DNA from: a candidate division FCPU426 bacterium
GTDB taxonomy: Bacteria > Oederibacteriota > Muellerivitia > Muellerivitales > Muellerivitaceae
DNA length: 64,000 bases
Assembly: GCA_963847625.1 (NCBI GenBank)
Contig: CAWKAR010000063.1
Span: 30,510-94,509, forward strand
Direction: 5' to 3'
Shown: positions 9,395 through 20,363 of the stretch, piece after piece
How positions within the stretch are numbered: the stretch's first letter is position 1
Layout: every line of letters begins with the position of its first letter
Notes under the pieces: model-generated
The model's input: the letters and a program-made list of their open reading frames with translations, nothing else
What the model was told of the DNA's origin: nothing
Database searches by the model: none
Position numbers and translations under genes: made by a program

Positions 9395-10126
9395 TTGCCC
9401 TCCATTCTCATAACCGGCGGTACCCGGGGGATTGGCTTAGCCCTTTCAAAAGCCTTTGCCTGCAAGGGATGGAAGGTGGCGTCCTGCTACCACTTGGACG
9501 AGGAATCTGCGCAAAAGGCGCGTACTGAAATGTCGCGGCTCACCCCGGATTACCTGTTGGAAAAATGCGACGTCACCGTTGAAAAAACGGTTTCTAAAAT
9601 GGTGAAGGAACTGGCGGATCAATGGGACGGGCTGGATTGCGTCATTCATAATGCCGGGGCTACCTCGAACGCCAGGATTTTAAATACCGAGGAGACCCAG
9701 TGGGAGGACACCCTGGCGGTCCATTTGAAAGGGGCCTTTTTGATTTCAAAGGCGGCGTTGAGGTCCATGCTCCGGCGCAGGTCCGGCCACTTGATCTTCA
9801 TTTCCTCGATTGTTGGCACCACCGGGAACATCGGCCAGGGCGCTTACACGGCCGCCAAGGCGGGCCTCGTGGGGTTCTCGCGCAGCCTGGCCCAGGAATA
9901 TGGCTCTAAGAACATCCGCTCCAATGTTGTCTGCCCGGGTTTCCATAAAACCGGCCTTTCCAGCGGCCTTACTCCCCAGGCCGAGGAAACCATCCGGAAG
10001 AATCATCTCTTGGATAAGACCGCCAACCTGGATGAAGTCGCCGATTTCATGGTTTGGTTGGCCGGCGCGACCTCTATTTCGGGCCAAGTATTCAACTTGG
10101 ATTCGCGGATACCCGGTTGGCTATGA
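9395..10126 (+). CDS. fabG: FabG-like SDR (3-oxoacyl-ACP reductase)
   Basis: TGGTRGIG, HNAG, GNIGQGAYTAAKAG (YxxxK); TTG start inferred after AAGGA. Confidence 0.7.
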   Translation: MPSILITGGTRGIGLALSKAFACKGWKVASCYHLDEESAQKARTEMSRLTPDYLLEKCDVTVEKTVSKMVKELADQWDGLDCVIHNAGATSNARILNTEETQWEDTLAVHLKGAFLISKAALRSMLRRRSGHLIFISSIVGTTGNIGQGAYTAAKAGLVGFSRSLAQEYGSKNIRSNVVCPGFHKTGLSSGLTPQAEETIRKNHLLDKTANLDEVADFMVWLAGATSISGQVFNLDSRIPGWL

Positions 10127-10210
10127 CAGCCGGAAAACGGTACCATTAAATTAAGAAGCGCCTGATCCAAAGCTTCTTTATAGATTAAAATATACCTTCG
10201 GAAAATAACC

Positions 10211-11365
10211 ATGAGCTTTTTGGACGACATTCACGAAGAACTGGACGAATTGGAAAGCCAAGGCCTTCGGCGGCGCCTGAGGGAGGTGGATTCCCTGGGG
10301 GGCATGAAGGCCGCCGTCCATAACCGGGAATGCGTCCTCTTTTGCACCAACAACTACTTGGGTTTGGCGGACCATCCGCACGTGCTGGAGCGTTCCCAAC
10401 AGGCCTTGCGTCGTTATGGCGCTGGCGCTCAGGCGTCCCGGCTTATTTCGGGCCATTTTCCCATCCATCGGGAGTTGGAAGAAAAGACCGCGGCCTTCAA
10501 GGGCTCGAAATCCTGCCTGGCTTTTCCGAGCGGCTACATGGCCAACCTAGCGGGGGTCTGCGCCTTGGCGGGGGAAGGTGACGCCATCCTCTGCGACCGG
10601 CTCAACCATGCCAGCCTCATCGACGCTTGCCGCATGTCCAAGGCCAAGCTCCTAGTTTACGAACACCTCAACCTGGACGGCCTCGAGAAACAATTGTCGC
10701 GGTCGGTAAAATACCGGCGCCGCTTGATCGTCACGGACGCCCTTTTCAGCATGGACGGGGACTTAGCGCCCCTCCTGAAAATCATGGAACAGGCCCATGG
10801 GCACGAGGCCCTCGTGATGGTGGACGACGCGCATGGCACCGGGGTCCTGGGGCCGGGGGGCCGGGGGATCACCCATCATTTTCCACTGAAGCATTTCCCG
10901 ACCGTCGTGATGGGCACCTATAGCAAGGCCTTGGGCAGCCTGGGCGGGTTCTTGTGCGGCGCCGGGGAATTCATCGAGTATTTAATGAATAATGCTCGTA
11001 CCTTTATTTACACGACCGGGCTTCCGCCGGCGGTTTGCGGAGCCTCGCTGGGCGCTTTGGAGGTGCTTGAACAGGAACCCCGGAGAGTGGAACGCTTATG
11101 GGAAAATGCCAGGAAAATACGGGAAGGTTTGAGGACCCTGGGGTATGAAATCTCCACGGGAGTCGGGCCCATATTACCGGTCATCGTCGGGGATAATGAG
11201 GAAGCGGTGAAGATGTCGGATAAACTGTTGGAAGAGGGAATTCTCGTGGTGGCCATCCGGCCACCGACGGTGCCAAAAGGTACGGCCCGCTTGAGGTTAT
11301 CGGTTTCAAGCGAGCATTCGGAAGCTGATATCGACAAGCTTTTAAACGCGTTTAAAAAACTATAG
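10211..11365 (+). CDS. bioF: 8-amino-7-oxononanoate synthase
   Basis: NNYLGLA, LNHASLIDAC, FSMDGD, DDAHG, GTYSKALG and IRPPTVP motifs. Confidence 0.95.
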   Translation: MSFLDDIHEELDELESQGLRRRLREVDSLGGMKAAVHNRECVLFCTNNYLGLADHPHVLERSQQALRRYGAGAQASRLISGHFPIHRELEEKTAAFKGSKSCLAFPSGYMANLAGVCALAGEGDAILCDRLNHASLIDACRMSKAKLLVYEHLNLDGLEKQLSRSVKYRRRLIVTDALFSMDGDLAPLLKIMEQAHGHEALVMVDDAHGTGVLGPGGRGITHHFPLKHFPTVVMGTYSKALGSLGGFLCGAGEFIEYLMNNARTFIYTTGLPPAVCGASLGALEVLEQEPRRVERLWENARKIREGLRTLGYEISTGVGPILPVIVGDNEEAVKMSDKLLEEGILVVAIRPPTVPKGTARLRLSVSSEHSEADIDKLLNAFKKL

Positions 11366-11445
11366 GACCCTGACGCGCCATCCGGCTTTTTTCCGCCTGG
11401 AACCAAGTTTTATCCGGGTTTCATAAGCTTCAAAAAACGGGATGA

Positions 11446-12135
<690 letters not shown>

Positions 12136-12165
12136 GACTCGCAATGAAGAATAAAGAAATAAAAA

Positions 12166-13530
12166 ATGAATTACAAAAAATTAGCAGCGATCGATAAAAA
12201 ATACCTCTGGCATCCCTTCACCCAGCAGCAGGAGTGGGAAAAAGACCCGGATATTCCCATCATTGTCCGCGGCAAGGGGACTTACCTTTACGACTCCATG
12301 GGCAAAAGGTACCTGGACGGGGTGTCGTCCCTTTGGTGCAACGTCCACGGGCACCGGGTTCCGGAAATCGATCGGGCCATCCAAAAGCAACTGGGTAAGA
12401 TCGCCCATTCCACCCTGCTTGGAGCTTCCAACGAGCCTGCGGTTTTATTGGCGCGGGAGCTGGTGGAAACCGCGCCGAAGGGGTTAACCCGGGTTTTCTA
12501 TTCGGACTCGGGTTCGGAGGCCAATGAAATCGCCGCGAAGATGGCCTTCCAATATTGGAAACAGGCCAAACCCGCCAAACCGAAAAAAAACCTGTTCCTG
12601 ACGGTTCGGGAGGGATACCACGGGGACACCCTCGGCTCAGTCAGCCTCGGAGGGGTGGAACTTTTCCACGGAATCTTCGGCCCGCTCCTCTTTAAAACCC
12701 TGAAAGTCAAAAGCCCTCATGATTATCCCAGCCGTCATGTTTCCAATGAAAAATGGCTAGGGGACTGTGTCCGGGAAGCCAAGGGGGTGTTCCGGAAATA
12801 CGGTTCCCGGCTTGCGGCGGTCCATATGGAGCCCTTGATCGAGGGGGCAGGCGGGATGCTGGTGCACCCGCGGGGCTACCTCAAAGTCCTCCGGAGGCTT
12901 TGCGATCAATACAACGTCCTTTTGATTTTGGACGAGGTCGCTACGGGTTTTGGAAGAACCGGCACGATGTTCGCGTGCGAGCAGGAAGGAGTATCGCCTG
13001 ATCTCATGTGCCTGGCCAAGAATCTGACGGGCGGGTACTTACCCATCGCGGCGACTTTGACGACCGAGAGGATTTACCGGGCCTTCCTGGGGAAATTCGA
13101 GTCCCTGCGGACCTTTTACCACGGTCATACTTTCACGGGGAACCAGTTAGGATGCGCAGCGGCTCTCGCGAACCTGAAATTGATTCAGAAGAAAGGCTTC
13201 CTGGAGCGGGTCCGTGAGAAGGGGCGGTTGCTGGAAGCCATGCTGGCGCCGTTAAAGTCACATGCCCACGTGGGTGACATCCGACTTCGCGGCCTCATGG
13301 GCGGGATTGAACTGATCCGGGATAAAAAAACGAATGAGTCTTATACCTATCGCCTCAAGATGGGTTACCGGGTCTGCGCTGAAGCGAAAAAAAGAGGCGT
13401 GCTACTGCGCCCGCTAGGAAACGTGATCGTCCTCATGCCGCCATTGGCGATGACCAAGAAGGACCTGGTCTATTTGGCCCAAACCATCTTCCGGAGCATC
13501 TGCCGGGCCACAGAGGTTCGTTTTTCATAA
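12166..13530 (+). CDS. bioA: Adenosylmethionine-8-amino-7-oxononanoate transaminase
   Basis: WHPFTQ, SSLWCNVHGH, YHGDT and DEVATGFGRTG motifs; follows bioFD. Confidence 0.95.
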   Translation: MNYKKLAAIDKKYLWHPFTQQQEWEKDPDIPIIVRGKGTYLYDSMGKRYLDGVSSLWCNVHGHRVPEIDRAIQKQLGKIAHSTLLGASNEPAVLLARELVETAPKGLTRVFYSDSGSEANEIAAKMAFQYWKQAKPAKPKKNLFLTVREGYHGDTLGSVSLGGVELFHGIFGPLLFKTLKVKSPHDYPSRHVSNEKWLGDCVREAKGVFRKYGSRLAAVHMEPLIEGAGGMLVHPRGYLKVLRRLCDQYNVLLILDEVATGFGRTGTMFACEQEGVSPDLMCLAKNLTGGYLPIAATLTTERIYRAFLGKFESLRTFYHGHTFTGNQLGCAAALANLKLIQKKGFLERVREKGRLLEAMLAPLKSHAHVGDIRLRGLMGGIELIRDKKTNESYTYRLKMGYRVCAEAKKRGVLLRPLGNVIVLMPPLAMTKKDLVYLAQTIFRSICRATEVRFS

Positions 13531-13546
13531 GTTCTTGTGTTAAAGT

Positions 13547-14905
13547 ATGCCGCCCATGAAGAAAAAAAATCATAATCTTCGCTCAACCAAGACCGTGGCC
13601 GTGATCAGCCTAGGCTGTCCCAAGAACACCGTGGATTCGGAGGTCATGCTGGGGAAACTGGCCCAGGACCATTACAAGATCGTGGCGGACCCGGCCGGGG
13701 CTGAGATTGTTATTGTTAACACCTGCGGATTCATCGAGGCCGCGAAGAAGGAATCCATCGATACCATCCTGGACATGGCGAAACTCCGGAAAACAGGAAA
13801 CTTGAAGTCCTTGGTGGTGGGGGGATGCCTAGCCCAGCGCTACGGGGAAGAACTCAAAAGGGAACTGCCCGAGATCGACATTCTCTTTGGCTTGAACGAC
13901 GTGGAAAAGGTGACGGAGAAAATAAAGAATTCATCGTTGGTGGTTACTCCTCATGAAGCCACCTATGTTTATGACGCTTCCTCCCCCCGCCTGCTCTCAA
14001 CTCCCGGATATTATGCCTATGTGAAGATCTCGGAAGGCTGTGACCTCCCCTGTACTTTCTGCATCATTCCCAAAATCAGGGGCAGTCATCGCAGCCGTTC
14101 CATGGAAGATATAGAAAAGGAAGCGCGTAATTTGGCGGCCATGGGGGTGCGGGAAATTTGCCTAGTCGCCCAGGACAGCACTTGGTACGGTTCAGATCTG
14201 TATGGGAAGCCCCGGATTTCGGAACTGCTGGTGCGTTTGTCAAAAGTGGAAAGGTTGGAGTGGATCAGGCTTCATTATCTATATCCCAGCCGGGTGACGG
14301 ATGACTTGATGGAAGTGATGGCTATCAATGATAAAATTTGCCCTTATTTTGATATCCCGTTCCAACACGCCAACGATCGAATCCTGAAATCCATGCGAAG
14401 AATAGGGAATAAAAGCCTGTTGGAGGGCCTTGTCCATAAAATCCATTCCCGAATCCCGAAAGCTTCCATCCGCTCGACTTTTATCGTTGGTTTTCCGGGT
14501 GAAACAGAGCATGATTTTGAGGAATTGCTCGATTTTTTAAAAGGTTCCCGGATGGATTATGTGGGTTTTTTCCCCTATTCTCAGGAGGAAAACACCCCCG
14601 CCGGGGCCATGGAATCCCAGGTGCCGGAAAAGGTGAAAAAAGAAAGACTGGCCCAGGCCAGCCAAACCCAGGAGAACCTGGCCGAGAAATCTCACCAGCG
14701 ATGGGTTGGGGATAAACTAACTGCAGTCGTGGAATCAATAGAAAGCGGGGAAGATGTCCAGGGGCGGACCAAGTACCAGGCACCGGAAGTGGATGGGATC
14801 GTTCATATTGAGGGGCTAAAAAAAGCGAGGATCGGACAGAAGGTGGAAGTGGTTCTCTCCCATACTCTTGGGCAGGATTTGGTGGGGGAAGCCGTTCTTA
14901 AATAA
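13547..14905 (+). CDS. rimO: Ribosomal protein S12 methylthiotransferase
   Basis: LGCPKNTVDSE, NTCGFI, radical SAM CxxxCxxC (CDLPCTFC), APEVDG and a TRAM domain. Confidence 0.93.
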   Translation: MPPMKKKNHNLRSTKTVAVISLGCPKNTVDSEVMLGKLAQDHYKIVADPAGAEIVIVNTCGFIEAAKKESIDTILDMAKLRKTGNLKSLVVGGCLAQRYGEELKRELPEIDILFGLNDVEKVTEKIKNSSLVVTPHEATYVYDASSPRLLSTPGYYAYVKISEGCDLPCTFCIIPKIRGSHRSRSMEDIEKEARNLAAMGVREICLVAQDSTWYGSDLYGKPRISELLVRLSKVERLEWIRLHYLYPSRVTDDLMEVMAINDKICPYFDIPFQHANDRILKSMRRIGNKSLLEGLVHKIHSRIPKASIRSTFIVGFPGETEHDFEELLDFLKGSRMDYVGFFPYSQEENTPAGAMESQVPEKVKKERLAQASQTQENLAEKSHQRWVGDKLTAVVESIESGEDVQGRTKYQAPEVDGIVHIEGLKKARIGQKVEVVLSHTLGQDLVGEAVLK

Positions 14906-14973
14906 ACTTCCAATCTTTAATCCCGCGTTTTTATACTCTATGGGTTGAACAGTTTCTTAAATCGAGGTGGCCT

Positions 14974-15642
14974 TTGGCCGAGGTAGTAAAACCAATTAAA
15001 CAATCCCGTTGGAACGCGCCCAACCTGGTGACCTTGTCCCGGATATTGGTGACGCCGATCTTCCTGGTGCTGATATTCCGCAATGAGTTGTGGGCCAAGT
15101 GGACGGCGGGAATTTTATTCGCCTGGGGCGCGTTCAGCGATTACCTGGACGGTTACCTCGCAAGAAAATACCAATTAAAAACCGCGTTTGGGACCCTATT
15201 CGATCCCCTGGCGGACAAAATCCTATTCATCTCGGTGATGCTGGCTTTCGTCCAACTCCTATTGGTTCCGGCCTGGATGGTGGTCATCATCGCCGGGCGG
15301 GAATTTCTCATCACAGGACTTCGCCAGTACGCCCAAAGCCTGAACGTCATCATCGCCGCTAGCCGGGGGGGCAAGCATAAGACCGTTTCCCAAATCGTGG
15401 CGATCTCCGTGATCCTGGCTATTGTCTGCGTGAAGGCAACGCTGGAAAAATACCAGTTGGGTAAATACCAAGGAAATTGGGATCTATTTGCCGCGCAGAT
15501 GGGAACGGCGGGGGAATTGATGAATAATGTGATTTTGTACGGCCCCTATTGGCTCATGTTTTACGCCACCGTCATGTCCATCATCTCCGGCGTGGATTAC
15601 CTGGTCCGGAATTGGCATGTTGTCAGCGGGAAGAAAAAATGA
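14974..15642 (+). CDS. pgsA: CDP-diacylglycerol--glycerol-3-phosphate 3-phosphatidyltransferase
   Basis: PNLVTLSR and DYLDGYLAR...FGTLFDPLADK motifs. Confidence 0.92.
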   Translation: MAEVVKPIKQSRWNAPNLVTLSRILVTPIFLVLIFRNELWAKWTAGILFAWGAFSDYLDGYLARKYQLKTAFGTLFDPLADKILFISVMLAFVQLLLVPAWMVVIIAGREFLITGLRQYAQSLNVIIAASRGGKHKTVSQIVAISVILAIVCVKATLEKYQLGKYQGNWDLFAAQMGTAGELMNNVILYGPYWLMFYATVMSIISGVDYLVRNWHVVSGKKK

Positions 15643-16097
15643 AAATCATCAATTTTTTAACCGCGACTTTTTTCGGAATCGGGAAGATTCCCGGGGCCCC
15701 CGGAACCTGGGCTTCCATTGTCGCAATGTTTCTTTTTTACCATCTGGTAAACCAGCCTTTCCATCTGGGGGCGATCCTGGCGGTTGTTTTCTTCGTTGGC
15801 GTTTACGCATCAGGCCGGCTGGAAAAGGAGATGAAAGAGAAGGATCCTTCCTGCGCGGTGATCGATGAGGTTTTGGGGATGGGTGTGGCCATGCTGGCCA
15901 TCCCGGCGGTATGGTATTACGTCCTGATGGCCTTCATTTTTTTCAGGTTGTTTGACATCTGGAAACCCTTTCCCATCCGCAAGTTAGAAAAGCTTCCCGG
16001 GGGCTGGGGAATCATGACCGATGACCTATTGGCCGGCATCTACGCCAATGTCTGGATTCGAATCGGGGCCTACTTGGTTAAATTCATGTCGTTATAA
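15639..16097 (+). CDS. pgpA: Phosphatidylglycerophosphatase A
   Basis: APGTWAS, DPSCAVIDEV, FRLFDIWKPFPI and GIMTDDLLAG motifs; ATGA overlap with pgsA. Confidence 0.92.
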   Translation: MKIINFLTATFFGIGKIPGAPGTWASIVAMFLFYHLVNQPFHLGAILAVVFFVGVYASGRLEKEMKEKDPSCAVIDEVLGMGVAMLAIPAVWYYVLMAFIFFRLFDIWKPFPIRKLEKLPGGWGIMTDDLLAGIYANVWIRIGAYLVKFMSL

Positions 16098-16111
16098 GAA
16101 GGGCGGAAACC

Positions 16112-17371
16112 TTGAACGCGGAAATCATTGCCATCGGGACGGAAATGCTTTTAGGACAGTCCGTGGACACCAACTCCTCATGGATCGCGGGCGAAATGGC
16201 TCTGTTGGGCGTGGATGTTTATTCCTTCCAGGCCGTGGGGGACAACGAGAAAAGGGCCGAAACGGCCATCAAATCAGCCTGTGAGAGGAGCCAGTTGGTG
16301 GTGACGACGGGAGGCTTGGGGTCCACGGTGGACGACGTGACCCGCAAGGCCGCCGCCAAGGCGGCACAAAAACAGTTGGTTTTCCACGAGGAAATCGCCA
16401 AGAAAATCGAGGAGCGTTTTTCCCGGTTCCAACCGGGACGCGCTTTTCCGAGGGTGAACGTGAACCAGGCTTTCGTCCCGCAAGGCGCCAGCGTCATACC
16501 CAACCCGAACGGAACGGCTCCCGGTTTCATCGTCAAGGTGGGGAAGGCCCACCTGGCCTGCCTGCCCGGTGTTCCCGAAGAAATGAAGGCCATGTTTGAG
16601 GCGACGGTGAATCCCTTGATCAAGACCCTCTCGCCAACCGGTAACATCATTAAGTCGCGGGTTTACCGCACCACGGGGATTTCTGAGTCCCTACTCAACG
16701 AGAAAATCGTGGACCTGTTCGAGAAATCCACCAATCCCACCGTGGGAGTCCTGGCTCATCCGGAAGGAGTGGATATCCGGTTGACCGCCAAGGCCGCCAC
16801 CGGGGAAGAGGCGGACGCCCTGATCGATACCTTGGGAAAGGCCCTGACTTCCCGATTGCCCAACCACCTCTATGGCTGGGACAAGGACAGCCTGGAATCC
16901 CTCGTGGGACAAATGCTCACGACGAGGCATTTGACCCTGGCGGTGGCGGAATCCTGCACCGGCGGTCTGATCGCCCATCGGATCACCTTGGTGCCGGGCA
17001 GCTCCAATTATTTCAAGGCCGGTTACGTGGTCTACAGCAATGAATCCAAAACGGAAACCTTGAAGGTGGATGCCGGTCTGATCCGTCAAAAGGGCGCCGT
17101 GAGCCTGGAAGTGGCCAAGGCTCTGGCCGAAGGCGCCAGTAAAACGGGGAAGGCCGATGTCGGTCTTTCCACGACGGGAATCGCGGGTCCTTCCGGAGGT
17201 TCAAAGGACAAACCAGTCGGGTTGGTTTACATCGGCATCGCCGACGACCAAACCAGCCAGGCTTTCGAATTCCACTTCCCCGGAAACCGTGAAACTATCA
17301 AAAAGAGAGCCAGCCAAGCGGCCTTGGATCTGTTACGACGCCATTGCCTTCAGATGGCACTGACGGATTGA
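16112..17371 (+). CDS. cinA: Competence/damage-inducible protein CinA (MoCF domain + PncC)
   Basis: IGTEMLLG..VDTNS, LPGVP, AESCTGG and TGIAGP motifs. Confidence 0.93.
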   Translation: MNAEIIAIGTEMLLGQSVDTNSSWIAGEMALLGVDVYSFQAVGDNEKRAETAIKSACERSQLVVTTGGLGSTVDDVTRKAAAKAAQKQLVFHEEIAKKIEERFSRFQPGRAFPRVNVNQAFVPQGASVIPNPNGTAPGFIVKVGKAHLACLPGVPEEMKAMFEATVNPLIKTLSPTGNIIKSRVYRTTGISESLLNEKIVDLFEKSTNPTVGVLAHPEGVDIRLTAKAATGEEADALIDTLGKALTSRLPNHLYGWDKDSLESLVGQMLTTRHLTLAVAESCTGGLIAHRITLVPGSSNYFKAGYVVYSNESKTETLKVDAGLIRQKGAVSLEVAKALAEGASKTGKADVGLSTTGIAGPSGGSKDKPVGLVYIGIADDQTSQAFEFHFPGNRETIKKRASQAALDLLRRHCLQMALTD

Positions 17372-17377
17372 GAAAAA

Positions 17378-17950
17378 TTGCGATCGCTCCGGCTTTTCAC
17401 GGCTGTTTCATTGAACGATGAATTGAGAAACCTAATCGGGGATGTCCTGCGAAATGGCGCAAAGTTGAAGGCCCCGGTCAAATGGGTGGAACCCCATCAA
17501 CTGCACATGACCCTCTTTTTTTTAGGGAGCCAACCGGAAGAACGCTTGGCCTTGATCATGGATTCGCTGGATAAACCTGCCGAAAAGGCCGGCTCCTTCA
17601 CCCTGGAGCTGGATGGAATAGGAGCCTTCCCCTCCCTGGAAAGGCCGAAAGTCATATTCATGCCAGCGTTGGAGGGAAAAGAAGCCCTGTGCCTTCTGGC
17701 TTCAGGCATATCAGGAGTTTTAACGCCGTTGGGCATTCAGCCGGAGGAAAGGGAATATCACGCCCACGTGACTTTGGGGCGCGTGAAAGAACCCAAGGGC
17801 ATGGAGAATGTCCTGAAACGTCTGGAAGAAGGCTGTCCGCCGGTGCTGGGGAAAATGGCCGTGGATCATTTCTCCCTCTTTGAAAGCCGCCTTACCGAGA
17901 AAGGCCCGATTTATACCGAGTTGAAAAAATACTTTTTCCCGAAAGGATGA
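17378..17950 (+). CDS. thpR: RNA 2',3'-cyclic phosphodiesterase (2H family)
   Basis: Two HxT motifs (HMTL, HVTL) and GPIY; follows cinA. Confidence 0.9.
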   Translation: MRSLRLFTAVSLNDELRNLIGDVLRNGAKLKAPVKWVEPHQLHMTLFFLGSQPEERLALIMDSLDKPAEKAGSFTLELDGIGAFPSLERPKVIFMPALEGKEALCLLASGISGVLTPLGIQPEEREYHAHVTLGRVKEPKGMENVLKRLEEGCPPVLGKMAVDHFSLFESRLTEKGPIYTELKKYFFPKG

Positions 17951-17953
17951 ACA

Positions 17954-18442
17954 ATGGCTGAGGAGACAAAGGGGAAGCAAAACCCGGAACTCAATGAAAA
18001 GGAGCTGGAGGAGCAGTTAAAGGCTTACCAGCAGGCCCAACTGAATTTCCTGCACCAGCAGTTCCAGTGGCTGATCCAGTTCATCTCCAGTTATTTTCCC
18101 GGGGATCAATTGGCCATCGAAGACGCGGGCCCGGATGTCCACTTCATCCATAAGATCATCGAAGACGGAAAACCGATAGGGGCCCTGGTTTACCGGTTCC
18201 GGAAAATCATGGATAAAAAAGGCTATTTCAAAGAAGTGGAAGGGGATTACCGGGAGGAACTAGAAGTGCCCGAGATCTTGTTCGTGGATTCGGAAACCCA
18301 AAAATTCAGCGCCCCGGAATCCACCGATGTGGAGGGGAATTTCGTGGAGATACCGCCGGAAAAATTAAATGGGAAAATCCGGGAATTGCGGGAAGAGATC
18401 AAGAAAAGGTTCAAGGTCAAGCAACTGCGGGAGAGCGTATAG
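17954..18442 (+). CDS. Hypothetical protein
   Basis: Operon-coupled 162-aa ORF, no recognised motif. Confidence 0.7.
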   Translation: MAEETKGKQNPELNEKELEEQLKAYQQAQLNFLHQQFQWLIQFISSYFPGDQLAIEDAGPDVHFIHKIIEDGKPIGALVYRFRKIMDKKGYFKEVEGDYREELEVPEILFVDSETQKFSAPESTDVEGNFVEIPPEKLNGKIRELREEIKKRFKVKQLRESV

Positions 18443-19588
18443 ATGGACAAGCGAGGGGCTTCCAACCCGTCCTCCCTCATGATGTACGGGGACAGTGAGA
18501 GGGATTCCAACCTTTATTACGCCGTGAAATTCGTGGTGCCGGACCCTTTCCTGTTTTTCCAAATCCACGGCCGGAAAATCATCCTCATGAGCGACCTGGA
18601 ATTGGGAAGGGCCCAAAAACAAGCTAAAGTCGATAATATCCTTTCCTATTCGGATATTCAAACGAGGGTGAAAAAAACCGGTGCTCCGAAACCCGGCGTG
18701 GGGGACATGGCGGCTTTCTTCCTGAAAAGTCGGAAAGTGAGAAAGATCGCTGTCCCCGAGAACTTTCCCTTGGGACTGGCGGATGCCCTGAGGGAAAGGG
18801 GGCTGACGGTGTTATCCCTAACAGAGCCTTTCTTTCCGGAGCGCGTTTACAAATCCAAGCAGGAAATCCAAATGATCACCCGAACACTTCGGCATACCGA
18901 GGCCGCCATCAGGAAGGCCGAAGACCTGCTCCGGAAGTCCCGGATTGCCGGCAAGCGAATTTATTACCGGGGAACCTTGGTCACCTCGGAGCTCATTAAA
19001 AGGGTGATCAACCTTTCCTTGATGGAAAACAACTGCGTCGGGTGCCACACCATCGTGGCCAGCGGCAACCAGGGTTGCGATCCCCATCAGGAAGGGAAGG
19101 GGCCCATTTGGGCCCACCAATCCTTAGTGGTGGATGTGTTTCCCAGGTCGGAGGATTCTTTTTATTATGCGGATATCACCCGGACTTTCGTGAAGGGAAA
19201 AGCTTCGCCGATTTTAAAAGCCCAGTATGAGACGGTCCGAGCGGCCCAGGAAAAGGGAATCAGCATGGCGCGACCGGGCGTGAACGGAAGAGATATCCAC
19301 GAGGTCGTCCAAAAGGAAATGGAAAGCCGTGGTTTCAAGACTGGAAATATAAACGGCGTCATGGCCGGGTTTTTCCACGGCACCGGGCACGGCCTGGGAC
19401 TGGATGTGCATGAGGCACCCCGACTGAACAGCACCAGTCATTATTTGAAAAAAGGGGAAGTTGTCACGATCGAGCCGGGGCTTTATTACCCGGGCGTGGG
19501 AGCCGTGAGGATCGAGGACCTCTTGGTGATCACCGAAAAGGGGCGCCAAAACCTCACGGTCTATCCGAAGAAATTGGAAATTAGCTGA
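18443..19588 (+). CDS. Xaa-Pro aminopeptidase (M24B)
   Basis: DPH, D..P....YYADITRT, HGTGHGLGLDVHE, EPGLY and RIED motifs. Confidence 0.9.
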   Translation: MDKRGASNPSSLMMYGDSERDSNLYYAVKFVVPDPFLFFQIHGRKIILMSDLELGRAQKQAKVDNILSYSDIQTRVKKTGAPKPGVGDMAAFFLKSRKVRKIAVPENFPLGLADALRERGLTVLSLTEPFFPERVYKSKQEIQMITRTLRHTEAAIRKAEDLLRKSRIAGKRIYYRGTLVTSELIKRVINLSLMENNCVGCHTIVASGNQGCDPHQEGKGPIWAHQSLVVDVFPRSEDSFYYADITRTFVKGKASPILKAQYETVRAAQEKGISMARPGVNGRDIHEVVQKEMESRGFKTGNINGVMAGFFHGTGHGLGLDVHEAPRLNSTSHYLKKGEVVTIEPGLYYPGVGAVRIEDLLVITEKGRQNLTVYPKKLEIS

Positions 19589-19613
19589 GACCCTATGCGC
19601 GAAAGGTTTCGAC

Positions 19614-20363
19614 TTGCCAAATGAGCCAATTCACTTAGTAATAGGAACCCCCTGTTACGGCGGTCTGATCACCGTTCCTAATTTTATGGCGGCTTTAAGG
19701 CTGAGGGACTATTGCGGGAAAAACGGCATCCGTTTGACCTTTGCCATGCCCTGGGGCGACGCTTTGGTCACCCGGGCCAGGCAAAGCATCGCCGCTTATT
19801 TCCTGGAAGACCCCACGGCAACCCACCTGTTGTTCATCGACGCGGATATCAGCTATGAGGTGGAGCAGGTCCTGCGGTTCCTTAGGTTTAACTGGGAAGT
19901 TTGCGCGGGTCTTTACCCCCTCAAACGGTACGACTGGGATAGGGTCCGAAAAAAAGTCTTGGCGGGTTACGAACACTTGGAATCGGCGGGTCTTTCCTAC
20001 GTCATTGATTTGAAGGAACAATACGAAACGATCGATGGGTTCGGCAGGGTTGCCCGGGCGGGAACCGGTTTTTTAATGATCAAGCGGTCGGTCTTCGAGG
20101 CCATGGCGAAACGGTACCCCGAGTTGAAATACAAGGTGGCGGGTCCCCGAGGCGAAAAGGCCCACTACGCCTTTTTCAACTGCCTGGTAGACGAAAAGGG
20201 GGATTACCTTTCGGAGGATTACAGCTTTTGCAAGCGCTGGACAGACATGGGCGGGGAGATCTGGGCAGATTTCCAGAGCCGCTTGAACCACATGGGGCCC
20301 GAGATGTTCAAGGGGGATGTGGCCCGGAATTTCATGCAGACCCATCCGAAGGAGCCGTCATGA
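19614..20363 (+). CDS. GT-A-fold glycosyltransferase-like protein (paralog 1)
   Basis: GTPCYGG, LVTRAR, THLLFIDADI (DxD), GTGFLMI and LSEDYSFC.RW motifs. Confidence 0.65.
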   Translation: MPNEPIHLVIGTPCYGGLITVPNFMAALRLRDYCGKNGIRLTFAMPWGDALVTRARQSIAAYFLEDPTATHLLFIDADISYEVEQVLRFLRFNWEVCAGLYPLKRYDWDRVRKKVLAGYEHLESAGLSYVIDLKEQYETIDGFGRVARAGTGFLMIKRSVFEAMAKRYPELKYKVAGPRGEKAHYAFFNCLVDEKGDYLSEDYSFCKRWTDMGGEIWADFQSRLNHMGPEMFKGDVARNFMQTHPKEPS